A stretch of 64,000 bases of DNA from Balanoglossus misakiensis. Lineage: Eukaryota > Animalia > Hemichordata. This document shows, one piece after another, positions 29,289 to 41,048 of this stretch; the stretch's first letter is position 1, and each line of letters starts with the position of its first letter. The position numbers and the translations under genes are program-made. The stretch covers positions 9,101,677 through 9,165,676 of the forward strand of contig CM082592.2 of NCBI GenBank assembly GCA_040954595.2. The letters run 5' to 3'. The notes beneath the pieces were generated by a model, which was not told where the DNA came from, searched no databases, and saw only the letters and a list, made by a program, of their open reading frames with translations.

Positions 29289-29843
29289 CTCCAACTCGGG
29301 TGATAGTCAAGCAAAGACATTTCAGTTGCTTTATATTCATCATATGGCGCTTGGGAAATGTTGGCGTTTTGCAAAATTATTTGTTCAACACTCTTGATTT
29401 AATTGATTACCTTTTACAACTTGCAGAAATTTGATTCGCAATCGATCGATGGAGACAATCAAAACTCCGCTGGTGGCCATGTCGGTTTCTAGTGTTCGAT
29501 CGTACCTACGCATTTATTGACGTCACTGCAATTAGTAGGCGCATCGAAAAGCAAAGTCTTAAACCCTTTCTTATTTTTTATCTCAAGGCAACTTCAGATT
29601 ATTTTGTCTTGAAATCGCGAGTAAGAACGGGGTCTTCGTGCAAAATTTTGAAAGAGAGAGAAAATGTCTTGAATTCGACATCAAGACATGTGTTAACTCT
29701 ATGACACCAAAGAAGTACACTGCCCTCTACAGATTCTTCTGGCGAAGCAACAATATTCCAAATCTACAATAAGTACATTGCTTGTATGTAAAAACACCAT
29801 TCTGCTTAATTCTATATTATTACTCTGACAGGAATGATATGTA

Positions 29844-29857
29844 GTTTCTATGGCAAC
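29844..29857. promoter_or_regulatory. RFX X-box-like palindrome upstream of gene C
   Basis: GTTTCTATGGCAAC, a near-canonical 14-bp X-box about 440 bp before the ATG at 30295. Confidence 0.5.
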
Positions 29858-30294
29858 AATATTTTGAGCCATGTGGACAGTATCGAACGTGCCAAGAATT
29901 GATTACATCATTACCTCACTTGAATTGACATTTTTGTCTTTTGTTGTTTCTTCTTGTGAGATAAACGTTTTAGATTTTAGTTTTTCCTGTCGCATTGTTC
30001 TTTTTTCGATTAAAAGACCCCCGTGTCTTTAGGACGATAAATACAGTTTCAAAGAGATTTAATCTCCAACAGCTGCTGGCATAATGCTTTCGTGACTGAC
30101 GTGTTTATAAGAAATCGTTCTCGTTGTTTTTCTTCATATTACGCAGTCCAAATTCAAATATATGATTTTTCTGCCCATTAATTATTTATAATTGATAAAA
30201 CAGCGTCATCTGCTGATCGGCCTCCATGAAAGTAACACATTATCTGTATACTGTTTTGGACTCCCTTTTCAAGCGACTGGTTCCCAGAGCAACA

Positions 30295-31324
30295 ATGACA
30301 TTGGCACAGCATGGAGAGACATACTATGTATTATACGCTTATCTTCTTCTTGCAAGCGCCACGCTCTCCAGAGCAGGTTGGTGTAGTCTTAGTTATTACA
30401 AGTCAATTTAACATTCGGTCATGTCGTGTGTCTACCATATATCCGAATATGATTTGGGTGGGGGTGGGGCCGTTCATTGCTTATCTTCTTTGTTGGACTC
30501 CGATTATGAACGGTTAACATTAACATCAGAGATCCCCTTTCCATCGTTTCAACGCCATCATCCCTAATGGTCAATATTATCGATAGCCTGAGAGGGAGCA
30601 CTCTCATCTTGGTCATGTTCACGGGGAGAGAGAGAGAGAGAATGTCACCATCTCCTAAAATTTCTCGACAGCTTTGTTCGACTCGTTCCTGATCGGACAC
30701 TCTGAAACCACCTCCTTGCAAACTACGTCACCAACAGCGGGGTGGACGACTTCAAGCGACGCGTCGTCTGTTCACCGAGAAGACGAGGCAACGAGTCTTG
30801 TTGAGGTGAAAGTTCCGGAAACGGATACATTAGCCCTACACTCAACTACATCATCAGTGACGGAGGTGGGCAAAGGTTCATCAACTACCAGAACTCCTTC
30901 CGAAGCAGCAACGTTTGAAAAAGACACCACCGCCATCGCAGCTAAGTCTTCGGAACCAACGGAAGGTGGTCTGCTAGATATTGTGACAAGAGGGTCCCCC
31001 GCGGTGCACAGCACTGGTGCAGAAACAGTGATGACATCGGAGTATTCGAAAGATGTCACGAGAAAAACAGAAGCCGCTACATCACTGACAACTCGTATGA
31101 AGACCAACACAGAACCGGAGAGGCGCCTATCAACGCCTACGAAACCCTCTCTAAAAGACACGACTAGCAGCAGAGACCGAACATTCCTCGGGATGAGTAC
31201 ACAAAGCACGTTGATATTCTCGTTGTGGCTTGCCTTGTCAGTTCTGCTCATCGGTTTTTGCATCGCCATAGACTTCTTCTACCTTGGGTTCAAATGGCTG
31301 AAAGCTCGGAATAGAAAAAAGTGA
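30295..31324 (+). CDS. Gene C: lectin-less type I membrane mucin-like protein (signal peptide + S/T stalk + TM with Asp + basic tail)
   Basis: Exon 30295-30376 (MTLAQHGETYYVLYAYLLLASATLSRA, donor G|GTTGGT, phase 1) splices in frame to acceptor tttctcgacAG|30672 and runs to 31324. TM region FLGMSTQSTLIFSLWLALSVLLIGFCIAIDFFYLGFKWLK is clearly homologous to gene B. The 295-bp intron cannot hold a full CTLD exon. Confidence 0.8.
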
Positions 31325-32152
31325 CGCTAAAAGACAAATTCTGGAGAAATTGCTATTTTTACCAAAGTGCACATTTGTTTTATATACGTTGTCAAAACAT
31401 CGTATTCAATGAAGATCTTAGAAAACCCATAGTTTTCCTCACTAAAGGTGGTTAGTCGGTCGTTGTACTATTAGTAAGTATGCGTGTCATAGTGTTTATT
31501 CTACGCGTAGACATACATTGTTGCGCGCCAGGACTGTGCAATGCATTAATTTTGACAAAAAATCAACGATCTGAATGTACGTGTATTTACATGCTTTTAT
31601 TATAAGGGGTGTTAGTCATTCCTGGTGACGGAAACCTTGTCACACAATCGCGATTCACTGTCAGCAAACGTCGCGTCTCCAAGCAAAGGAAATTTTAAAG
31701 ACGAAATTGAATCGATTGTAGCAAGACCGTTAACTACGCGTTCTAATACAAATCAGAATTCCAAATGTTATTTTCCCAACAGCGATCAATACAGGTACTT
31801 AACGTACCAGTCGCTTTGTTGTCTGGCTATCCATGTCGGTTTTATGCGTTATGTGTTAATTTCTTAAAGCCCAGCTATTCGAATAATTATCAAGGACTCT
31901 GCAAGAGGAACAGGTCTTTGATTTCAAAACTAATCAATTTGATTACAGAAGTAAAACGTTCATACAACTGGTCCGTGTACATGTATATGCTTTGGGGCTT
32001 CAAATTGGGTCTGGTGTTTGTCCCCTAAACATATACCCACCACACTCTTTGAGTAAACACTGTAATTTGTTAATTGTCATTTTTGATACTTGAGTTGTCT
32101 TCAGACTGCTGTAACAGCAACACGGGGAGAAATACAAGTTTCAGTCGTAGTG

Positions 32153-32167
32153 GTTGCCTGTGGCAAC
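32153..32167. promoter_or_regulatory. RFX X-box-like palindrome upstream of gene D
   Basis: GTTGCC-TGT-GGCAAC has perfect inverted half-sites, about 260 bp before the ATG at 32426. TATAAA lies at 32359. Confidence 0.5.
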
Positions 32168-32425
32168 GCGAAAAGCTACACAAACTTCTTTTCTGAATCA
32201 CCTAGAAAAAAAAAACGAAATGCCCCCAAGAAATCTACCTGAATACACACAGTTTCAGGAAATGTTCATTGTGTGCTAATGGCAACACCACCGCATATTA
32301 GAGTGGATAAGAAATATTGAGAATCTTTCACTCTGGGTGCCTATATCAACTATTGCGTTATAAATCCGTGCCCCAGACGTCTGATAGTTGCTACTGACAT
32401 ACACACACACACTGACTGAATAGCG

Positions 32426-35400
32426 ATGAAATTGGAGCTACACATCTGGTGTTTCGTCCTCGCAACAGCACAGACTTCTGCAGGTTGGTATTTCTTTAAC
32501 TCACTTGCGTTGATGTCTGAAATTCTGCGACCAACTACATGTTTTCTGTGGTATTTTCAAAGGGATTATTTCTCCGATTTGAAAATATACGTGTATATAT
32601 ATCATTACACGTAAATGAGCTGTAATGTTCACGAAGACGGTAAAAAAAAATATTTTCAATTTATGAAAAGAATATGTTAAATAATATGTTAAATTTATAC
32701 ACGTCAATTTTTATTCGTTTGAAAAATAGTCAATCTAGGAGACGGTAAGATACAATCATATTTGATGTCGATTAATTAGCAATTTGCATTTTGCATTCGT
32801 CTTGCAGTCTGTCCAGCAGACGAACACGCCTACGGTGCAAATTGTATCAAAGTCGTAACCAGCCAGAATTTAACTCGAGAAGATGCAAACCAGGAATGTC
32901 TTATGCTGGGCTCCTCGTCGTCTTGGTATTTGGATGACCACGCCTTAGCGAAGGTGGAGGATCATCAAAAACAGGTTTTCCTCGAAGGCATTCTGGCATC
33001 ATATCCGGGAGACTTTTGGATCTCATTGATGTGGTACGAGTCACTTTTCTTGACTGCTTACTGGAGGATGGACATGCTGCTGACCTGGGACCCGGATGTC
33101 GATTACAATAACTTCGACGCAGGAAGACCCGATGGTACTGGGGACTGCGTTGCCATGGTGACCGGCGCAGCGTACAAGTGGCAGGACAGAGTGTGCAATG
33201 AAACTCATGGCTATATCTGCGAGCACCCTGGTACAAGTAAGTGTGGCCCTACAATTAATAATCTAAGAAACGTAGTCTTTATTCTTTCCGTCTTTATAGC
33301 TGTGCTTCGAAAAATAAAAAGTTCAACTTTTAATTATACATGATTGAAATGGCAATCCCTTGAGAAATCCAAAGGAACATTCAAATAATGATAATTGTGT
33401 GAGTAACATTATAAAATGGTCAAACCCCAAACACTTTTCTGTGTTACATTATCGATTTAGTCATTATTAAACGTGGTCCTTACAGTATTACACTTTTCTT
33501 CTTTTTTTGTGGTTACTACGTAGCACCAACAGTCCCAGGAGGTAAGACTTTTCAAATGCAAGTCACGTCACATATCTTCTGAAATGATTTGATTGAAATT
33601 CGACTCTACGGTTAAGATTAATTAGCGGGGATGTCGGTTATGCAAATATCTTGGTATCATTATGATGTTTTAGGTGTCAGGGTTGAACTGATGTTCCCAA
33701 AGTCTTGGAATGTATCGGACTCTGGCTATCCAATCAGGCAACACGTACCAGGAGGTACTTCAAAAGCGTGCCTTGTTCATCCATATAAACATTCAGTTGA
33801 TTTTGTGGTGTCTCTTTTCAATTGGACGTTGCTTCTTTTACAGATTGCGGCGGCAACAGTTATCACTTAAACGGTCACTGCTATCACATATCTTCGCATG
33901 GTACCACCTGGATGAACGCGAACGACAGCTGCAATGCGTACGGGGGTTGGCTGGCCACCGTCGATGATGTCCAAGAGAACGCCTTTCTCCAAGGCCTGCA
34001 AGGATACGCGACTATGTGGATCGGGTTGTCCAGTCACACCGGAAGCTTCCGGTGGGTCGACGGCGAGCCGATGGAAAATCGAATAACAGACTGGTATCCC
34101 GGTAGTTATTTTTCTCCCGCGGAGCCAGATGAAATCGGGGTGGCGTGCGCCGCGATTGCAATGTCCTCATACTGGCGGGACATGCCGTGTAATTTCACAC
34201 ATCGCTTCATCTGTGAATTCCCAGGTACACATAATAACCTAACTATCTTCATCCCATTTATATCATACATTGTACTGAAGACCCAACTCTCCATTTCCAA
34301 ACCCCTTTAGTAGTTTCAGTTGAGAATTAACACTTATTATAAAGTTAGTGACTTGACTATCATGTTATACGTTAAGAAAAGATGTTATTCGTTTAATCTA
34401 AATCGAAATAATTTCTTTTGAATTATTTCGCTTGCTTTGAAGGAAACACAGGTATATCTTGGACAACACTGGCAACGACCCTCTTTCCGCCAACCGACAC
34501 GGCAGTACCTACAAATTCAGAGTTACCAACTATTTCAGAGTCCCCTACAGTCACCTTGGCAACAAGTGAAGCGTCCACGAGTGAATCGACCAATACGCTA
34601 CAAGCCACAGCAAAAACAACAACGGAGTTTACTACGGATACGCAGAAATCCACGACAACGACCAAGGGTCAAACGACCAACTGGATTTCAACGGCGACGA
34701 CATCGCGCACGACAACAAGATCAACAACATATCCGACTACAGCCGACAAAACCACAACGGTGAGACCAACAACATCAGAAACTACATCTCATGTAACATC
34801 CACTACACCAACAACTACATCACAGACAACTACTAAAGAAAGAACCACGACCTACCCAGCTATGACCTACGAAACGACCCGTACAGAGCGACTAACATCA
34901 TACCCATCTACAACATATTCAAGCACGTCCACTATTCGAACATCTGATGTACAAACAACAACAGACCGAACGACAGCCTCTAGCGCAGCGACTACCACGG
35001 AACGTACCTTATCGACAGTGCGACCAACAACATTCAAAAGTACACCCCATGTAGCAAGCACTACAACGCATTCAACAACAGACCAAACAAGCGCCCGTGA
35101 AACAACTGCTACAGAAAGACAGACAACCCACCAAACCGCGACATACGAGACGACCCGTACAGAGCGTTTAACATCATATCCATCTACAACATATTCAAGC
35201 ACGTCCACGGCGCCAACAACTGAGGCACAAACCACAGCAGTCGGAACAACGAGCGCAGCTTCTACTACCACGGACCAAACCACATTAAAAACGCAAAACC
35301 AGAGCCAAGCAGCCATCGAAGAAACTGTCAGCAATACAGTCTCCCACGGCAGTGCTATAACCGATGTCATAAATCAAACATCTTCGCCACCTGCTACAAC

Positions 35401-35626
35401 TGTACGCCAGGCAGTTGAAGAAGACGAAGGATTCCTGGGAATGACACATAGTGCCCTGGTTGTATTTTCAACGTGGCTCAGTTGTTCTGTTCTGGTGGTC
35501 GGTATCTTAGTTGTAGCTGACCTCGTCACTTCTTTGGTTAAATGCTTTAAAAGTCCCAAAACAGAAGTGGAGAGGCCGGCTGAAGAGAGCTTAATTTCGC
35601 ATGCTACTGAACAAAGTGAATTGTAA
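32426..35626 (+). CDS. Gene D: type I membrane protein, signal peptide + 2 CTLDs + long Thr-rich mucin stalk + TM with Asp; paralogue of gene B
   Basis: Exons 32426-32483 (MKLELHIWCFVLATAQTSA), 32808-33230 (CTLD1, GRPDGTGDCVAM...YKWQDRVC), 33524-33541 (18-nt micro-exon, predicted), 33844-34224 (CTLD2, MWIGLSS...WVDGEPMENRITDW...EPD), 34443-35626 (stalk + FLGMTHSALVVFSTWLSCSVLVVGILVVADLV, ending QSEL). Same phase-1 exon layout as gene B. Confidence 0.9.
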
Positions 35627-36949
35627 GAAATTATGCCGTTTGTCAATTCACAATAGGCCATTTTCATGACCCCTACATCCCTACATGAACTTACAACCTC
35701 GTACTTCCGTTGGTAAGAAACCATCAGGTTGACTAAAACATATTTACAAAAACTCTATAATTGCAGCTGTAGTCGATAAATTATGGACTGCATTGCAAAC
35801 GTGACTTTTTTTTCGAGCAACGTTTTACACGCTTCTTGTCCAAAAATATTGAATTTTGACAACCCCATACCAACGGAAGTACATATTAGAAACACCGAGA
35901 CAAAAACATGAACGCACATCAATTATAGGATAAATGTTCGTGTGCTTTCTCTTTGAAAAATGTGCAAATAAAATAGTATAGTGTGGTAAAGATTAATGGT
36001 CATAGTGTTTCTAGCACGTTTGGTGTTTAATGATTTCCATGCAGATTGTTTATGTTTGTTGTGGGTTGTTGTTAGGCAATCCGAAGATCACCAATGTGAA
36101 GGTTGTCTTTCAGATGACCTACTTTGCTATGCAGTGGTACGTTGTCCTGGTATCCTTCGGATGAAATAGAATAACGTTATGTATCGACTCGGGTGCAAAA
36201 ATCAATTCTTTTGGTCTACTGTGAAGCAATCCGGGACTTTATTCTGATACCGCTACGAATTTCTTGTTCACCAAGTTGATGGCGTCCTTCGGGTTTTATT
36301 CTGTTACACTTACAATGCTCTAACCATCGATGGATCTCATTTTTGAGATTTAACCTATATCGCCGTGTTTCTTGGTCCTAACTACAATGGTGCTGAGTCT
36401 AAAATGACTACACCTGGCGTCATTCCAACGGAGAAGTGATGAGAAGTGACGCTTCGAGGATGACAAGACAAGATCAAGACAAGACAAGACTTCTGTTAAG
36501 GTTGGCGTTCCACATCCGGTCAGTTGTTAAGAATCATGCGTCGCGGAACAATTCAGATGTTTGTGGACTCGAGGAATGCTTTGTGATATACTTCCTGTAA
36601 GTGCAAAAAAACCTGTCAGTAAATTCGATTTAATGTTAAGAATATATTAACATCGATCCGTAGAATGAAATATAGCAACTGGTCTATTGATAATGTCCTT
36701 GCCATTCTGCCTGGAAACGTTTTTGCTTCGATTTTGCTGCAGTAATTGCAAGATTGGATTTGCATGCCAATAATTGATTTAAACAACAACAAAGATTGGC
36801 GTTACGTGGAAATATCAAAGACATAATGCTCTTTAAGAAGAATTCGAATAAACAAATAAAAAACAGTAGTTACTAAGTCTATTGAAAACCAGGCAAGTCA
36901 TATGTTTACGATCAATTGATATATTTAAAGTATAGTTCACCATTACCGG

Positions 36950-37084
36950 ATGGCATTCCCGACCGTTACTCCCTGTCAAGAGACCATGATTACAAACGCG
37001 TTGTTTACAAGCCTTTTGCTGGCTGTCATCTTTCGAAGTGCTTCAGGTAGGCCATGTTCCTTACCTTGGTGAGATAGATACATG

Positions 37085-37154
<70 letters not shown>

Positions 37155-40100
37155 TATAGAACAGGTTTACAGAGCTTGTATGTTAGTCTCTGACGGCATA
37201 GTTTACCCTGACATTTATTGATGGTACCGTGACGTTCTGTAGAATTACAAACAGCTGGCAATTTCTACATGCTGTTCACCAACTGAAAATTGTTGTTTGA
37301 CATATCTTTTTATTCAAAACTCACACTCCTGTATAGATAGAGATTCAGAGCATGTAATCTTCTTTCAGGTGCGTGTCCAAGTGGACAGTTCTCTTACATC
37401 GATACATGCTATCAGTTCGTGGTTGATAATCCCCAGCCATGGGAGGGCGCCAGAGACATTTGCCAGCAGCAGGGCGGGTACCTGCTGCAGGTGGGCGACC
37501 AGGCCGAGTACGACTTCCTCCTTGACGTCATCGCCACGCACGGTTACAACACCAACTTTTGGCTGGGAGCGCGTGGACAGACCAACTACTGGGTGGATGA
37601 CACAGTCCCTGTGTACACAAACTGGGATGGAGGCACAGAGCCTTACCAACCGCTCGGCTGTTTTTCCACGCCGACCAGCATCTCCACGTGGAAGATTGGT
37701 TCGTGCACCAGTACAATGAAGTATGTTTGTGAACGAGATATTGGAGGTGGTAGGTTATCACATGCTATTCATAGCCCCCGAAGGACCATGACATTGCCTC
37801 TTTGTCATGTTTTGTCCGTGCCTGAACCACCATTCGGTCACTTGATTTCTTGGGAAGTCAAACTAGTGTGTCATTGTATGCACACTAATTAGTTTTGTGG
37901 TGAAATCCAATATGGCTACAAAGCCGCCATTTTGTTTTTCATGCTAAAGAGTTACTAATATACCAGTAATGTTATTCACAGTTATTTGTATTACAGAGCA
38001 TGATTCACTTTCACATGATTCACCCTCACAAGATGGATTCCAAACATACTTACACAATATGAATTTGACAATTTTAACTTCATTTTCTTGCAGGTTGCTC
38101 TGGTCCCGAAGACGAGTTTAATGGAAAGTGTTATAAATTTCCGAATTTCAATAAAGATTGGTCTGCTTCAAGGCTTGCTTGTCAGGATCTAGGAGGGGAC
38201 CTGATTATCATTAATGATGCAGCCGAACAAGCTTTCTTCCATAGTGAGAGGGTAATTATTCAGAACAAATGTTTTCTCATTTCTGGTCGGGCTATTAATT
38301 CATGATGATGTATGCGATTATGATGTACATACATACATACCTCATGTGATTCACTCCTTCAGAGTCTCTCTTCAACATACTGGCTTGGAATGTACAATAG
38401 GGGTTTCCTGTGGGCAGATGGATCCCAGATGGCATACAGCAAATGGAACGCTGGCTCAAATGAACCAAATGGAGATGGCCCCTGCGTTGAAATGAGTGTA
38501 GGTATGGGCTACAACTGGAATGACATCGGATGTTCCAGTGTGCAGAATTTCATTTGCGAAAGTGCCAGTTACCGTAAGTGCCATTTGATTTCATCGTCAC
38601 TCAACAAATAACATAGACTAGAACTTTTACGTTCGTCGTATGTACAAACATTTTGTAACGTAGTGCGAGTTATCAACTTGACCATATTGTGTACATTTTC
38701 TACATCTATTAATAATGGCGCATCACTTTATTAGAAACAACACATGTTCCAACCACGACCAATCAACCATCTAGTACCCAATCAACGATCAGCCAACCAT
38801 CTAGTACCCAATCAACGATCAGCCAACCAACGATTAGCCAACCATCTAGCACCCAATCTACGATCAGCCAACCAACGATAAGCCAACCATCTAGCACCCA
38901 ATCAACGATCAGTCAACCACCTAGCACCCAATCAACGATCAGCCAACCAACGATTAGCCAACCATCTAGCACCCAATCTACGATCAGCCAACCAACGATA
39001 AGCCAACCATCTAGCACCCAATCAACGATCAGTCAACCACCTAGCACCCAATCAACGATCAGTCAACCATCTAGCACACAATCAACGATCAGTCAACCAT
39101 CTAGCACCCAATCAACGATCAGCCAACCATCTAGCACCCAATCAACGATCAGTCAACCATCTAGCACCCAATCAACGATCAGCCAACCATCTAGTACCCA
39201 ATCAACGATCAGCCAACCTTCGATTAGCCAACCATCTAGCACCCAATCAACGATCAGCCAACCAACGATTAGCCAACCATCTAGCACCCAATCTACGATC
39301 AGCCAACCAACGATAAGCCAACCATCTAGCACCCAATCAACGATCAGTCAATCACCTAGCAACCAATCAACGATCAGCCAACCAACGATTAGCCAACCAT
39401 CTAGCACCCAATCTACGATCAGCCAACCAACGATAAGCCAACCATCTAGCACCCAATCAACGATCAGTCAACCACCTAGCACCCAATCAACGATCAGCCA
39501 ACCAACGATTAGCCAACCATCTAGCACCCAATCTACGATCAGCCAACCAACGATAAGCCAACCATCTAGCACCCAATCAACGATCAGTCAACCACCTAGC
39601 ACCCAATCAACGATCAGCCAACCAACGATTAGCCAACCATCTAGCACCCAATCTACGATCAGCCAACCAACGATAAGCCAACCATCTAGCAACCAATCAA
39701 CGATCAGTCAACCACCTAGCACCCAATCAACGATCAGCCAACCAACGATTAGCCAACCACCTAGCACCCAATCAACGATTAGCCAATCAACGATCAGCCA
39801 ACCATCTAGCACCCAATCAACGATCAGTCAACCATCTAGCACACAATCAACGATCAGTCAACCATCTAGCACCCAATCAACGATCAGTCAACTATCTAGC
39901 ACCCAATCAACGATCAGCCAACCATCTAGCACCCAATCAACGATCAGTCAACCATCTAGCACCCAATCAAAGATCAGTCAACCATCTAGTACCCAATCAA
40001 CGATCAGTCAACCATCTAGTACCCAATCAACGATCAGCCAACCATCTAGTACCCAATCAACGATCAGCCAACCATCAAGCACCCAATCAACGATCAGCCA

Positions 40101-40449
40101 ACCATCAAGTAGCCAATCAACAATTAGTCAACCAACGACTACCCAGACAACAGTGCCTGTCACAGCTCCATCTTCTAATTCCCTGAAGATTCGCTACGCT
40201 AACTTTGTCCTTCTTCACGACATGTTCCTTTTGGCAAATGATTCCTTGCCATTATTCAGCACCACCACGTCCAAGGATACACCAATTGAATGCGCCATGT
40301 TGTGCGCAAGTGTTCAGCAATGCAAAAGCTTTGCATTCCTGTCAAAATTAACAAATTCCCTCTGTGAGATATATGGCGATGTTTTCAGTGGTTCCTCCCT
40401 GCTAAACGCACAAGGTGTACAGTATTTTCTACGATCCAATAATGTCTAA
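36950..40449 (+). CDS. Gene E: secreted protein, signal peptide + 2 CTLDs + ~460-aa S/T/Q/P tandem-repeat mucin domain + PAN/apple-like domain
   Basis: Exons 36950 (or ATG 36986)-37046 (MITNALFTSLLLAVIFRSAS), 37369-37749 (alternative donor 37746; CTLD1), 38094-38251 and 38363-38573 (CTLD2 split by a phase-0 intron; EPNGDGPCV...WNDIGC), 38735-40449 (open frame through QPSSTQSTIS repeats into TPIECAMLCASVQQCKSFAF...CEIY). AATAAA at 40601. Confidence 0.85.
37086..37152. repeat. (TAGA)n microsatellite in intron 1 of gene E
   Basis: Uninterrupted tagatagataga run. Confidence 0.95.
38763..40140 (+). repeat. Coding minisatellite of 30-nt (QPSSTQSTIS) and 15-nt (QPTIS) units with 120-bp higher-order period
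   Basis: Unit CAACCATCTAGCACCCAATCAACGATCAGC. The stretches starting at 39301, 39421, 39541 and 39661 are near-identical. The frame is stop-free and continuous with the PAN-like ORF at 40153. Confidence 0.95.
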
Positions 40450-40909
40450 GTATCCATGCTCGTGCCGCAAATTTTCGAGACACTCATTTTCCCATTCTCC
40501 GTACACAGATAGTAGCGCGTGGATAATTCTAATCTAGCTGGGGGGTCACCATAAATGCACTTTTCCATTCTCTTCCTTCGTGGAAGAAAATCTTTTTTTG
40601 AATAAATAGCATTCACCATGATTATATAATGTAGTTTTAGCTGTATGACGTGTGAGCGTATTAGTTGCAGTTTTCATTAGGGATGTCACCACGAACTTTT
40701 ACTAAAAGTGCCAATCGATGAAATATTGTTGAACTACATTGTACAACGAGGATATTGTGCGGCAGATTGGAGTGGTAGGTAAATAAAGCGTGTAAAGAAA
40801 TACAAACACTCCCACGTGCCGATCTTACATGCATGGAGTAACCCATTTACTTGGAGTGAATAGGTTGATTGGTGTTAGATTAGAAAACTTTCAAAACCAG
40901 CGTGATATC

Positions 40910-40924
40910 GTAGCCTATGGTAAC
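40910..40924. promoter_or_regulatory. RFX X-box-like palindrome upstream of gene F
   Basis: GTAGCC-TAT-GGTAAC fits GTNRCC-N(0-3)-RGYAAC exactly, about 125 bp before the ATG at 41049. Confidence 0.5.
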
Positions 40925-41048
40925 CTTGTTGTACAGATTCGAGATGTTGCTTCGCTTTACTGTAGTTCATTCTACATGGATGTGCTGAGCTGAGACGAAA
41001 GCGCATAAGATTCGTACTGCTGCCACGTAAAAGTACCCGAACTCTGCC

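Noticed and set aside
34867-35370. Val-rich, membrane-looking minus-strand ORFs (also 24707-25036, 30772-31269, 34423-34665)
   Set aside because: Reverse complements of ACN Thr codons in the mucin stalks.
38763-40140. Repeat array superficially like a CRISPR array or satellite
   Set aside because: There are no unique spacers or cas genes, the context is eukaryotic, and it is an in-frame coding mucin repeat.
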